DNA from: an uncultured bacterium
GTDB lineage: Bacteria > Patescibacteriota > Saccharimonadia > UBA4664
Length of the DNA: 64,000 nt
Assembly: GCA_963740635.1 (NCBI GenBank)
Contig: CAVUEQ010000001.1
Coordinates: 209,026-273,025, forward strand
Direction of reading: 5' to 3'
In this document: piece by piece, positions 15,716-23,689 of the stretch
How positions within the stretch are numbered: the stretch's first letter is position 1
Layout: each line of letters starts with the position of its first letter
The notes under the pieces: model-generated
The model's input: the letters and a program-made list of their open reading frames with translations, nothing else
What the model was told of the DNA's origin: nothing
Databases searched by the model: none
Made by a program: the position numbers and the translations under genes

Positions 15716-16651
15716 TTATAACCATTGCCAGGTACGGGAAATCCAGTTGGTGAGGGTGGTGGTGGCGCCGAAGCGGTCGCCGGCGCCGAGAACCACTGTG
15801 ATCACATCGTGCCCGCCAGTACGAGTAAGGCCGACGAAGCATTCGCCGGCAGCTGGGGTGTACCCCGTTTTTATACCATAAAACGTACCCGATGCCAAGA
15901 GGTCGTTGGTGGTTTTGAGATTGTATGTGCGGCCCTGTCCGCTGGTGAGGCTTATGGATGTGTGGGTAACGATGGTAGCCAGGTCGCGGTTTGCGAGCAG
16001 CAGGCCGGCAATTTTGGCCAGGGCCGAGGCCGAGGCGTAGTTGCCTTCGTCCTGGAGGCCGCTGGCATTGGAGAATCGGGCGCCCACTATCCCCCATTCG
16101 CTCATCTTGGCGTTCATGCGGGCGGCAAATTTGGTGACTGAGCCGGCGTCCCAGATAGCGAGGGCGTCGGCGGCGTCGTTGGCGGAGGGCACGAGCATGG
16201 CTTCGAGCAGGCTCGACAGCCGGAAATTGTCGCCCGGGAACAGGCCGGCGGTTTCGGCGGCCGTGGGGTAATCCGGGAGCGTGGGAATGGTGACGGTATC
16301 GCCCGGGCTGTGGCGCGACAAGATCACCAACGCTGTCACAATTTTTGTGACACTGGCAATGGGCAGCTTGGCCGAGGCGTTTTTGGAATACAGCACCGTG
16401 GCGGTGGAGCGGTCGATGGCGATGGCCGCGGTGGCGTTTAGAGCCAATGGCTCGGTGGAGGCCTGGATGGGCAGCGCGGATGGCTCGAGCGGCGCGTTGG
16501 TGGTGATGACGTTGGGGTTGGTGGCTGCGTTGGCAACCGCCGTAACGCCGGTGGCGCGGGCGGAGAGGTGCGCCCGGGTATCTGAGGCAAGGTGGGACCA
16601 GAGGCCGGTTGAGTGGAGGGCGAGGACAACTAGTAATGCTAGTGTTTTCAT
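15716..16651 (-). CDS. Serine-type D-alanyl-D-alanine carboxypeptidase (S11 family)
   Basis: A signal peptide is present, with SxxK 'ASVTK', SxN 'PSANDAA' and KTG 'IKTGYT'. Confidence 0.85.
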   Translation of the reverse strand: MKTLALLVVLALHSTGLWSHLASDTRAHLSARATGVTAVANAATNPNVITTNAPLEPSALPIQASTEPLALNATAAIAIDRSTATVLYSKNASAKLPIASVTKIVTALVILSRHSPGDTVTIPTLPDYPTAAETAGLFPGDNFRLSSLLEAMLVPSANDAADALAIWDAGSVTKFAARMNAKMSEWGIVGARFSNASGLQDEGNYASASALAKIAGLLLANRDLATIVTHTSISLTSGQGRTYNLKTTNDLLASGTFYGIKTGYTPAAGECFVGLTRTGGHDVITVVLGAGDRFGATTTLTNWISRTWQWL

Positions 16652-16698
16652 CTAAAGGGTAACCCTCTGGGCTTTATGAGAATACGTCTATTCCACGA

Positions 16699-16738
16699 AA
16701 CTATATGCATTTCGCATATATGCAGATTGCATATAGTT
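16699..16738. repeat. AT-rich nested palindrome, copy B
   Basis: The sequence is AACTATATGCAtTTCGCATATATGCAGAtTGCATATAGTT, with 11-bp perfect outer arms and the inner palindrome GCATATATGC. It abuts the stop codon of the pseudouridine synthase gene (16740). Confidence 0.8.
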
Positions 16739-16739
16739 T

Positions 16740-17429
16740 TCATGGTTGCGTTTTCCCTGGGACGTGGCCGGAGCTGTCGGTTTCGATCCAGTGGCTAGGC
16801 GGGAGGTTGCCGAGGATGAAACTGCCGGCGTGGGTACGGTGCAGCCGCGTAATGCCGTAGCCGAGGGCGCCGAAGGTGCGGCGGAGTTGGCGGTTGCGGC
16901 CTTCTTCGAGCTCGACGGTCACGTGGGGTCCCTGGACTGAGATAATTGCTACCCTACTAGGACCGTCCGGGAGCTGGATGCCGTGGCTGAGTTTGGGTTG
17001 GTCACTGGGCTTGAGGGCGGTGGTGAGCGTGAGTTCGTAACGCTTAGTTTTGCCGAGCGACGGATGGGTGAGCCGGTTGATGAATGGGCCGTCATCGGAC
17101 AGCAAAATGAGGCCTGACGAGTCGCGGTCGAGGCGGCCGGCGATGCGCAGGCGGCCGAATTTGGCCGGCAGCAATTCGTAGAGCGTGGGGCCCCCGCCTT
17201 GCCGGGCGCGGCTGGAGATGTAGCCGGCGGGCTTGTTGAGCATGACGTAAGTGTGGGCGGTGCGGGGTGTGAGCGGTTGCTCGTCGAGGGTGAGATGGTC
17301 GGTCGGTGCGATTATTTGACCGAGGGTGGCGGGCCGGCCGTTGAGTTTAACGCGTCCGGCCGTGATGGCCGTATCGGCGGCGCGCCGCGACAGTCCGGAG
17401 GCTGAGGCCACGAATTGGTTAATTCTCAC
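16740..17429 (-). CDS. Pseudouridine synthase, RsuA/RluB family
   Basis: It has an S4 domain 'INQFVASASGLSRRAADTAITAGRVKLNG' and the catalytic 'GRLDRDSSGLILLSDDG'. The GTG at 17429 is preceded by GGAGG at 6-nt spacing and is preferred over the ATG at 17534, which lies inside scpB. Confidence 0.85.
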   Translation of the reverse strand: MRINQFVASASGLSRRAADTAITAGRVKLNGRPATLGQIIAPTDHLTLDEQPLTPRTAHTYVMLNKPAGYISSRARQGGGPTLYELLPAKFGRLRIAGRLDRDSSGLILLSDDGPFINRLTHPSLGKTKRYELTLTTALKPSDQPKLSHGIQLPDGPSRVAIISVQGPHVTVELEEGRNRQLRRTFGALGYGITRLHRTHAGSFILGNLPPSHWIETDSSGHVPGKTQP

Positions 17430-17991
17430 TGCCGGCCTCCGGTGGCTGGGGGTGCGGCGGCGGGTCTGGCAGCGGGGGCAGGTCAGCGGCGCCGGTGAGG
17501 CCGAAGTGTGCCAGGAAGCTGTGGCTGACGGCATAGAGCTGCGGGCGGCCGGCTTCGGGGCTGCGGCCGGCCTCGGTCACCAGGCCGCGGGCGATGAGGT
17601 TGCGCAGCATGGCGGCCGAGTCCACGCCACGGATTTGCTCGACGGCGCTTTTGGTGAGCGGCCCGCGGTAAGCCACGATAGCCAGCGTCTCGAGGGCCGG
17701 CCGCGACAGGTCTTGGCGCCCGCTGTCGTCGAGGAATTTGGCCACGGTGGCGGCGGTATCGGGGGCGGTCACCAGGCGGAAGGTACCGTGGTTTTCGGCC
17801 AGGCGCACGCCGCCTTCCCCTAGCCGGGTCTTGAGGGTGGCAAGGGCGGCCTCCACGTCCTCCCCGGGCGCCTCCAGGATTTGGCTGAGGCGGGCGGCCG
17901 ACAACGGCTCGCCGGCCACAAACAAGATGGCCTCGATGGTGACGTCGAGCGTGGGCTCAGTCACGCGCGGCCTCAATCCGGATGGCTTCAA
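17419..17991 (-). CDS. scpB: Segregation and condensation protein B
   Basis: 'IEAILFVAGEPLS...LETLAIVAYRGPLTKSAVEQIRGVDS' matches the ScpB winged-helix repeats. An alternative GTG start at 17964 is possible. Confidence 0.85.
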   Translation of the reverse strand: MKPSGLRPRVTEPTLDVTIEAILFVAGEPLSAARLSQILEAPGEDVEAALATLKTRLGEGGVRLAENHGTFRLVTAPDTAATVAKFLDDSGRQDLSRPALETLAIVAYRGPLTKSAVEQIRGVDSAAMLRNLIARGLVTEAGRSPEAGRPQLYAVSHSFLAHFGLTGAADLPPLPDPPPHPQPPEAGSEN

Positions 17992-18649
17992 ATTGGCCGG
18001 TCTGGGTCGCCCGGGCCTCTCCCGAGCGCACCAGCTCCAATACCGCCAGGAATGTCACCACGATCTCCAGCCGGTCGCGGCAGCGCTCGATAACGGTGTG
18101 CAGCTCGAAGCCGGCGGGCAACCGTTCGCGGAGGCCGCCCAGTACGGTTTCGAGGCCGAGGTGATGTTTTATGACACCGCTGGGGGCGGCCGGCGGCGCG
18201 AATTTCAGCGCCCGTACGAAGGCCTCCGCGAGCCGGTCGAGGCTGACGCCCGGCGGTGGCGCGGCGGAGGCGGCGATGCGTCGGGGCGGCGCCGGGCGCC
18301 CGAAAGTCCGGGCGGCGCCGCGCGCGGCTAGTTCCTTGGCTGCCGCCTGGAAGCGCCGGTACTCCGTGAGTTCCAAGTTGAGCTGGGCGAGCTCGCGGGC
18401 CTGCTCATCTTCGGAACCGGATTGTGGCAACAGGGCCAGGCTTTTGATGTAGAGCAGGCGCGCGCCGAGCTGCAAAAAGTCGCTCAGCTCCTCGGCCGAT
18501 ACGCCGCTGAGGCCGCCGATGTGTTCCAGGTAGTCGGCCGTTATTTGCCCCACTGATACCTGCGACACTTCGAGGTTGCCGCGTTCCACCAAATCGAGCA
18601 GCACACCCAGCGGGCCCTCGAATTCACCGACGGCGACGGTGTGGCTCAT
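17957..18649 (-). CDS. scpA: Segregation and condensation protein A
   Basis: 'FEGPLGVLLDLVERGNLEVSQVSVGQITADYL' is the typical ScpA N-terminus. It lies immediately upstream of scpB. Confidence 0.85.
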   Translation of the reverse strand: MSHTVAVGEFEGPLGVLLDLVERGNLEVSQVSVGQITADYLEHIGGLSGVSAEELSDFLQLGARLLYIKSLALLPQSGSEDEQARELAQLNLELTEYRRFQAAAKELAARGAARTFGRPAPPRRIAASAAPPPGVSLDRLAEAFVRALKFAPPAAPSGVIKHHLGLETVLGGLRERLPAGFELHTVIERCRDRLEIVVTFLAVLELVRSGEARATQTGQFEAIRIEAARD

Positions 18650-18653
18650 AGAT

Positions 18654-19028
18654 TTACTTGGCAGCGCCGAGCGTCTCTCGAACCGAATTAACGACGTCTT
18701 CGAGCGTCACTTGGGACTTGATCAAATACTTGTTGGCACCGAGCGATTCGCCGCGCTGGCGGTCGGATTCCTGGCTGAGGGCGGTCATCATGATGACCTT
18801 GGTCTCTTTGGTTTCGGGGGTGGAGCGCAATATGTCGAGCACGTCGAAACCGGAAATTTTGGGCATCATCACGTCGAGCACGATCAGGTCGGGGCGCTCG
18901 CGCACGGCGGTGGCCAACGCTTCTTCGCCGTCAGAGGCGGTAATTACTTCGTAGGATTCGGCTGCGAACCGGGCAGAGTAGATCTCCCGCAGGTTGACGT
19001 CATCTTCGACTAGGAGGATTTTTGCCAT
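18654..19028 (-). CDS. Stand-alone response-regulator receiver domain
   Basis: 'KILLVEDD...DLIVLDVMMPKISGFDVL...KVIMMTAL...YLIK' covers a 124-aa protein with no output domain. Confidence 0.85.
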   Translation of the reverse strand: MAKILLVEDDVNLREIYSARFAAESYEVITASDGEEALATAVRERPDLIVLDVMMPKISGFDVLDILRSTPETKETKVIMMTALSQESDRQRGESLGANKYLIKSQVTLEDVVNSVRETLGAAK

Positions 19029-19038
19029 TGAATGTAGT

Positions 19039-20940
19039 CTAGCGTATCTGTCTTATGCTTTGCAAGGTTTCGCTCATTTCGTGCTCCTGGGGCACGGGAG
19101 TGGCGATGGGTGCCGCGGCCGAGGTGGGGGCCATTGCCGGTACCGGCGCCGCGGCCGGCCCGGAAGCAGCGGTGTCGGGGGCCGGGGCGCCGGCTGCGGG
19201 CGTGGCGCCGGGATTGGTTTGGGGCGCGGGTGTGGCGGATTGGGCCTGGAGGCGGGTGACCTCAGCCTGGCTGAGCCGCGGCAGCGTAAATTTGAAAGTG
19301 CTTCCCTCCCCGATCTTTGATTCCACCCAAATGCGGCCATTAAACGCCTCGATCAGGCGGCGGCACAGGTACAGCCCGAGCCCGGTGCCGCCGATAGTGC
19401 GGGTGGCGGTGTTGTCGATGCGGTAGAACTTTTGGAACAAGTGCGCCATGTCTTCCTTGGCGATGCCGACGCCGGTGTCGCTGATGCCCACCGTTACCTC
19501 CTTTTCGTCGCCTTCCAGTACCACTTTGAGGCCGCCTTCGGGGGTGAATTTAGCGGCGTTGTCGATAAGGTTCATAATGACTTCACGCAGCCGCTCGGTG
19601 TTGGCGGCCACGTAATACAGTGGCGCGATGGCTTTGCCGGATTGCCCGCCGATCTGGTAGACCATGGTGAGGCCTTTTTTGCGGATGGTGAACTGCATGT
19701 CGTCGACGGTGCTCTGGAGGAGAGAACCGAGGTTCACGGCCTCCATGGCGCCCCCGAGCTGGCCCTCCTCGGCCTTCGTTACCGACAGCAGGTCCTTGAA
19801 CAGCTCGCCGAGGTGGGCGATGGTGTCGTGGGCCTTCTCGAGGTACTTCTTGGCGCGGTCGTCGATGGTGGCGACGTTGGAGTTCATGGCCAGCGAAATG
19901 TAGCCTTCGATGGCGGCTACGGGTGTGCGCATTTCGTGGCTGGCGGTGCTGATGAACTCGTCTTTTTGCCGCTCCACTTCCTTTTCTTTGGAGATGTCGC
20001 GGAACAGCGCGATGGCGCCCGAGGGCTGGTTTTCGGTGTCGAACACCGGCGAGATCGAGATGTTGAGCTGCACTTTGCGCCCCGAGCGGGTGGTCATCAC
20101 CAGGTTGTCGATCACGAGCTCCCCGTGCTTGGTCCAGGCTTGGGCAAATGGGTCGGCGGCCGGGTCGATGGCCTGGTCGTCGGCGGTTTTGAGCTGCATC
20201 ACGAGTTGATAGTCAATGTTTTGGGCGCTGGATTCGTCCCAGCCGGTGAGCTCTTGGGCGGCCTTGTTAAACAATTGGATGCGGCGGGAGCTGTCGATCA
20301 CCATCACGCCCTCGCCGATGCTCGACACAATGGCGTCGGCCTTGAGTTGCTCGGCCGACAGTTGACCCGAGAGCTTCTCGAGCTTGGAATTGGCGACGCT
20401 AGCGCTGCGGCTGCGGGAGTGCACCCATTCGGCCAGCCCGCCGGCGCCCAGCGTGAGGGCGAACTGGATGAGGTGGTCGCTAAGGTAGGGCGCGCTTACG
20501 CCCCCGAGCACCAGCCAGTAGGCGTAATACCCGATCGTGAGGCTGAGCACGGCCACGGTTTCGGCGGGCCCGAAAATGCCCGCCACCACGATGGCCAAAA
20601 TCCAAAAGGCGTAAAACGGTGAATCAAGCCCCCCCGTGGAGGTGATCACCAGTACCAGGTTGACGCACGAGATGAGGCTGAGTCCCAGCACCAACAGCGA
20701 CAGCCGCGTCATCTTGAGCACCTGGTGTATGGTCACGTAGTAGGCGGCGGATACGGCGCCCAAAATAGCCGCCGTGAGCGACAGCGTGACATTGGCCAGG
20801 GTGGCGGGCTCGATAAAGTACAGTGCGAAAACCACGATAGCAAGCCCTGCCCCCAGGACTGCCTGGAGCCGGGCGAGGGTGGTTAAACTGCGGAGGCGTT
20901 GATCGGTCATTGGGTCATGTCGGGCGAGCCTTTCGCGCAT
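19039..20940 (-). CDS. Sensor histidine kinase (multi-TM N-terminus, PAS, HisKA, HATPase_c)
   Basis: The H-box is 'STASHEMRTPVAAIEGY'. N/G boxes are 'NLIDNAAKFT' and 'DTGVGI...GGTGLGLYLCRRL'. There are about 6 hydrophobic helices at the N-terminus and an Ala/Pro-rich tail. Confidence 0.85.
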   Translation of the reverse strand: MRERLARHDPMTDQRLRSLTTLARLQAVLGAGLAIVVFALYFIEPATLANVTLSLTAAILGAVSAAYYVTIHQVLKMTRLSLLVLGLSLISCVNLVLVITSTGGLDSPFYAFWILAIVVAGIFGPAETVAVLSLTIGYYAYWLVLGGVSAPYLSDHLIQFALTLGAGGLAEWVHSRSRSASVANSKLEKLSGQLSAEQLKADAIVSSIGEGVMVIDSSRRIQLFNKAAQELTGWDESSAQNIDYQLVMQLKTADDQAIDPAADPFAQAWTKHGELVIDNLVMTTRSGRKVQLNISISPVFDTENQPSGAIALFRDISKEKEVERQKDEFISTASHEMRTPVAAIEGYISLAMNSNVATIDDRAKKYLEKAHDTIAHLGELFKDLLSVTKAEEGQLGGAMEAVNLGSLLQSTVDDMQFTIRKKGLTMVYQIGGQSGKAIAPLYYVAANTERLREVIMNLIDNAAKFTPEGGLKVVLEGDEKEVTVGISDTGVGIAKEDMAHLFQKFYRIDNTATRTIGGTGLGLYLCRRLIEAFNGRIWVESKIGEGSTFKFTLPRLSQAEVTRLQAQSATPAPQTNPGATPAAGAPAPDTAASGPAAAPVPAMAPTSAAAPIATPVPQEHEMSETLQSIRQIR

Positions 20941-21054
20941 TACGCTTAAGGTTAATTATGCCCGTCTAGCTTCATAATCGCAACCGAGCACGTCGATCTC
21001 ATTCCAAATCATCGGCAATTGAGCTTATGTTTTGCGAGGGCCTGCCCCATTATG

Positions 21055-21083
21055 TTGACAAAATAATGCATAAGTGGTATCAT
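21055..21083 (+). promoter_or_regulatory. Sigma-70-type promoter TTGACA-17-TATCAT
   Basis: TTGACA is at 21055-21060 and TATCAT at 21078-21083, with a 17-nt spacer. The downstream gene has GAGGAAGG 7 nt before its GTG start. Confidence 0.5.
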
Positions 21084-21135
21084 GATTCACCAGAATACAT
21101 TGTGACTAAATTGGCAATGTGAGGAAGGTATTTCT

Positions 21136-22422
21136 GTGAGGAATTCGAATCAAGGCACCATTATGATTTTGGGCGGCGACGGCTATCTGGGCTGGAGCCT
21201 GGGCCTGGCGTTTGCCAACCGTACCGACATGCACGTGGTCCTCGTGGACAACCTTGTGAAGCGCCGGTGGGAGAAGGCCGCCGACGCGAAATTGCTCGTG
21301 CCGCTCGCGAAGCCGAAGGCTCGCATTGCCGAGTATAAACGGCTGTATGGCAAGTCGAATATGGAGTTTGAGAAGGTGGAGCTGCTCGATCAGCCGGCCG
21401 TCGCGCGCGTGCTGCGCAAGCACCGGCCGAGCGTGGTGATCAATGCCGCGCAGCAGCCGTCGGCGCCGTTTTCGATGATGAGCCCGCAGAATGCGGCCGC
21501 GACGTTTAATAACAACATCAACGGCCACTTGAATGCACTGTGGGCGATAGCCGAAGTCGATAAGAGCATCAACTACATTAAGCTGGGTTCGGCCGGTACC
21601 TATATGGACACCGATACGGATTACCTGCCGCTGGGCAAGAAAGACCTTACGTTTACGCACCGCGGCAAGCAGCACAAGGTGCTGAGCAGCTTCCTGCCTA
21701 TGCAGGCGACCGACTTTTATCACCAGTCCAAGATTAGCGACTTCCTGATAGACGACCTGTGTGCCCGGATGTGGGGCCTGAAGGTGATTACGGTGCAGCA
21801 GTCGACCATTTTTGGTGCTACTATTCCCGAAAATCACGACGAGAAGTACGCTGGATTGTCGGCCCGCTTTAATTACGACGCTGTCTTTAGTACGGTGATG
21901 AACCGGTTTGTGTGTCAGGTGGCAATTGGGCACCCGCTAACTGTTTATGGCGATGGCAAGCAGAAGACCGGCATTATCAGTCTTGCAGACACGGTCGATA
22001 ACTTCATGGAGTTTGCGGTTATGGACGTGAAGCCCGGTGAACACAAAGTGGTGCACAACTACACCCACCGGCTGTCGATCGAAGAAATCGCGCAGCGGAT
22101 CGCGATCGCGGATCCGGCGGCTGTGATTAATTACATCAAAAACCCGCGCAAAGAGCCGAAGGGCAAGCTTGATAAAACCGTGGAGGTGCATCCGGCTACG
22201 AAGCCACGCCATATCGACAAAGAGCGGAAGCTGCAGCTTGAAGTGGCCAACATTATCGAATTTGCCAAGCGCCACAAGGACAATATCGACCGGTCGATCA
22301 TCATGCCGACCGTGGAGTGGTCCGTCTCGGAGCGCAAGCCCAAGTCTAAGCCCCGGCTACGAGTTGCTCTTGAGCCACTGACTGGTAAGATCGGCGAGCT
22401 GACGCAGATCTTCAACGCGTGA
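21136..22422 (+). CDS. SQD1/SqdB-like NAD-dependent sugar-nucleotide enzyme (UDP-sulfoquinovose synthase family)
   Basis: The translation is collinear with plant SQD1 as I remember it. '[10 protein letters not shown]' aligns with 'VIGGDGYCGW'. '[34 protein letters not shown]' aligns with '[34 protein letters not shown]'. 'IMPTVEW' aligns with 'IMPSVSW'. Confidence 0.8.
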   Translation: [428 protein letters not shown]

Positions 22423-23460
22423 TTCGTGGATAAACGACAGCCTGGCAGCGTCCCGGAGCCAGCGGATATAAATGCCGCGTCCGTACAAGTAGTCGCATAG
22501 CTCCTTGGGGTCGGCGACTATCATCGAAACGATATTGCCCTGAGCGTCTCCGTGATCGATAAAGTCGATGCCGGCCTCGCGCAGAATATCCTTTGCATCG
22601 TGAAGTAGTTCAAGGTTTTTGGCCTCGATGACGTCCATGCCGATGGCGTTGACATGCTTCAGGGCGGCATGAAGCGCCACGATGCCCACGAGGTTTTGGG
22701 TGCCGTCCAGGAAGCGGTCGGCCGTGGGCTTGAGGGTGTACGAGTTGCTGTCGAACCGCTCCATGCCGCGTATGCCGACCTTGATGTCGCGCAGTCGTGG
22801 CAAGAGGTCTTTGTTTACATACATTAATCCGCTGCCGGTGCCCGCACGGAGGTACTTTTGGCCGCCGCAAAGCAAAAAATCGACCGGCGTAGCCTTAAGG
22901 TCGATCCGGCGCACGCCGACGTGCTGGGCGGCGTCGACTGCCAGGAATATCCCCATTTCTCGGCACACAGCTGAAAGGCGGCCCAGATCGGCCATGTAGC
23001 CGTCGTAGGACTGGATGGAAGAAATGGCAATGGCTTTGGTCCGCGAAGAAATGGCTTCCAGCAGCTGTTCAAACGAGGTAGCGTTGTCGGCCGCGGTGAT
23101 GACCGTGACTGTGAGTCCGTCCTTGCGCTTCTTGAGCCAGGGCAAGAAATTGGCCGGGTACTCCGTGGCCTGCACCAATATTTCATCGCCGGGCTCGAGC
23201 GGCAACGCTTCCGAGGCAATGAAAATACCTTCGGTGGTGTTTTTGACGTACGTTACTTCGCCGGGGTCGCAGTTGATCAATTTTGCGGCTTCGGCGGCCA
23301 TCTCCTGCGTGAGCGGGTCGTATTTATAGAGCACCTCGGGCGGGCCGACGCGATAGAATTCTTCCAGGAATTGCTTGCTGGCCTCGTAGGCCGGCTCCCC
23401 CATCCGGGCAACAGTCGCGTAGCTGAAGAAGATTTTGGGGGAAGTTGGAGGAGTGGGCAT
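22357..23460 (-). CDS. Class V aminotransferase-fold PLP enzyme (cysteine desulfurase / epimerase-like)
   Basis: It has class V fold features and a PLP-lysine context 'LLCGGQKYLRAGTGSG'. The ATG at 23460 is preceded by TATAAT (23467-23472) at 6-nt spacing, a leaderless layout. Its 3' end overlaps the convergent SQD1-like gene by 66 nt. Confidence 0.8.
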   Translation of the reverse strand: MPTPPTSPKIFFSYATVARMGEPAYEASKQFLEEFYRVGPPEVLYKYDPLTQEMAAEAAKLINCDPGEVTYVKNTTEGIFIASEALPLEPGDEILVQATEYPANFLPWLKKRKDGLTVTVITAADNATSFEQLLEAISSRTKAIAISSIQSYDGYMADLGRLSAVCREMGIFLAVDAAQHVGVRRIDLKATPVDFLLCGGQKYLRAGTGSGLMYVNKDLLPRLRDIKVGIRGMERFDSNSYTLKPTADRFLDGTQNLVGIVALHAALKHVNAIGMDVIEAKNLELLHDAKDILREAGIDFIDHGDAQGNIVSMIVADPKELCDYLYGRGIYIRWLRDAARLSFIHESRVEDLRQLADLTSQWLKSNS

Positions 23461-23507
23461 GTGTTGATTATAGGCACATCTCCAAGTTTCGTCATGGTAG
23501 ATTGGGC

Positions 23508-23536
23508 GTGACAAAACGCTTGATAAATGCTACACT
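23508..23536 (+). promoter_or_regulatory. Candidate tRNA promoter GTGACA-17-TACACT
   Basis: GTGACA is at 23508-23513 and TACACT at 23531-23536, with a 17-nt spacer, about 34 nt upstream of the tRNA 5' end. Confidence 0.4.
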
Positions 23537-23569
23537 CGCATGGTTTCGCAGCCGGTGTGCTGCGAATGA

Positions 23570-23646
23570 GGTCCCGTCGTCTAGCGGCCTAGGATGCCTC
23601 CCTCTCACGGAGGAGATCAGGGGTTCGAATCCCCTCGGGACTACCA
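23570..23646 (+). tRNA. tRNA-Glu: tRNA-Glu (anticodon CUC), CCA encoded
   Basis: I folded the cloverleaf by hand. The acceptor is GGTCCCG/CGGGACT. The anticodon stem CCTCC/GGAGG carries the loop CT-CTC-AC. The T arm is AGGGG-TTCGAAT-CCCCT, with discriminator A and CCA. It is highly similar to the E. coli tRNA-Glu backbone. Confidence 0.9.
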
Positions 23647-23651
23647 AAGTA

Positions 23652-23689
23652 TTTATGCTTAAATAATGGCTTTCACGAGCCATTATTTG
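23652..23689 (+). repeat. Direct repeat DR1 (contains tRNA terminator hairpin)
   Basis: TTTATGCTTAAATAATGGCTTTCACGAGCCATTATTTG contains the 10-bp hairpin AATAATGGCT/AGCCATTATT (23662-23687) followed by a T-rich run. It is repeated at 27199-27235 with about 3 mismatches and 1 indel. Confidence 0.75.
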
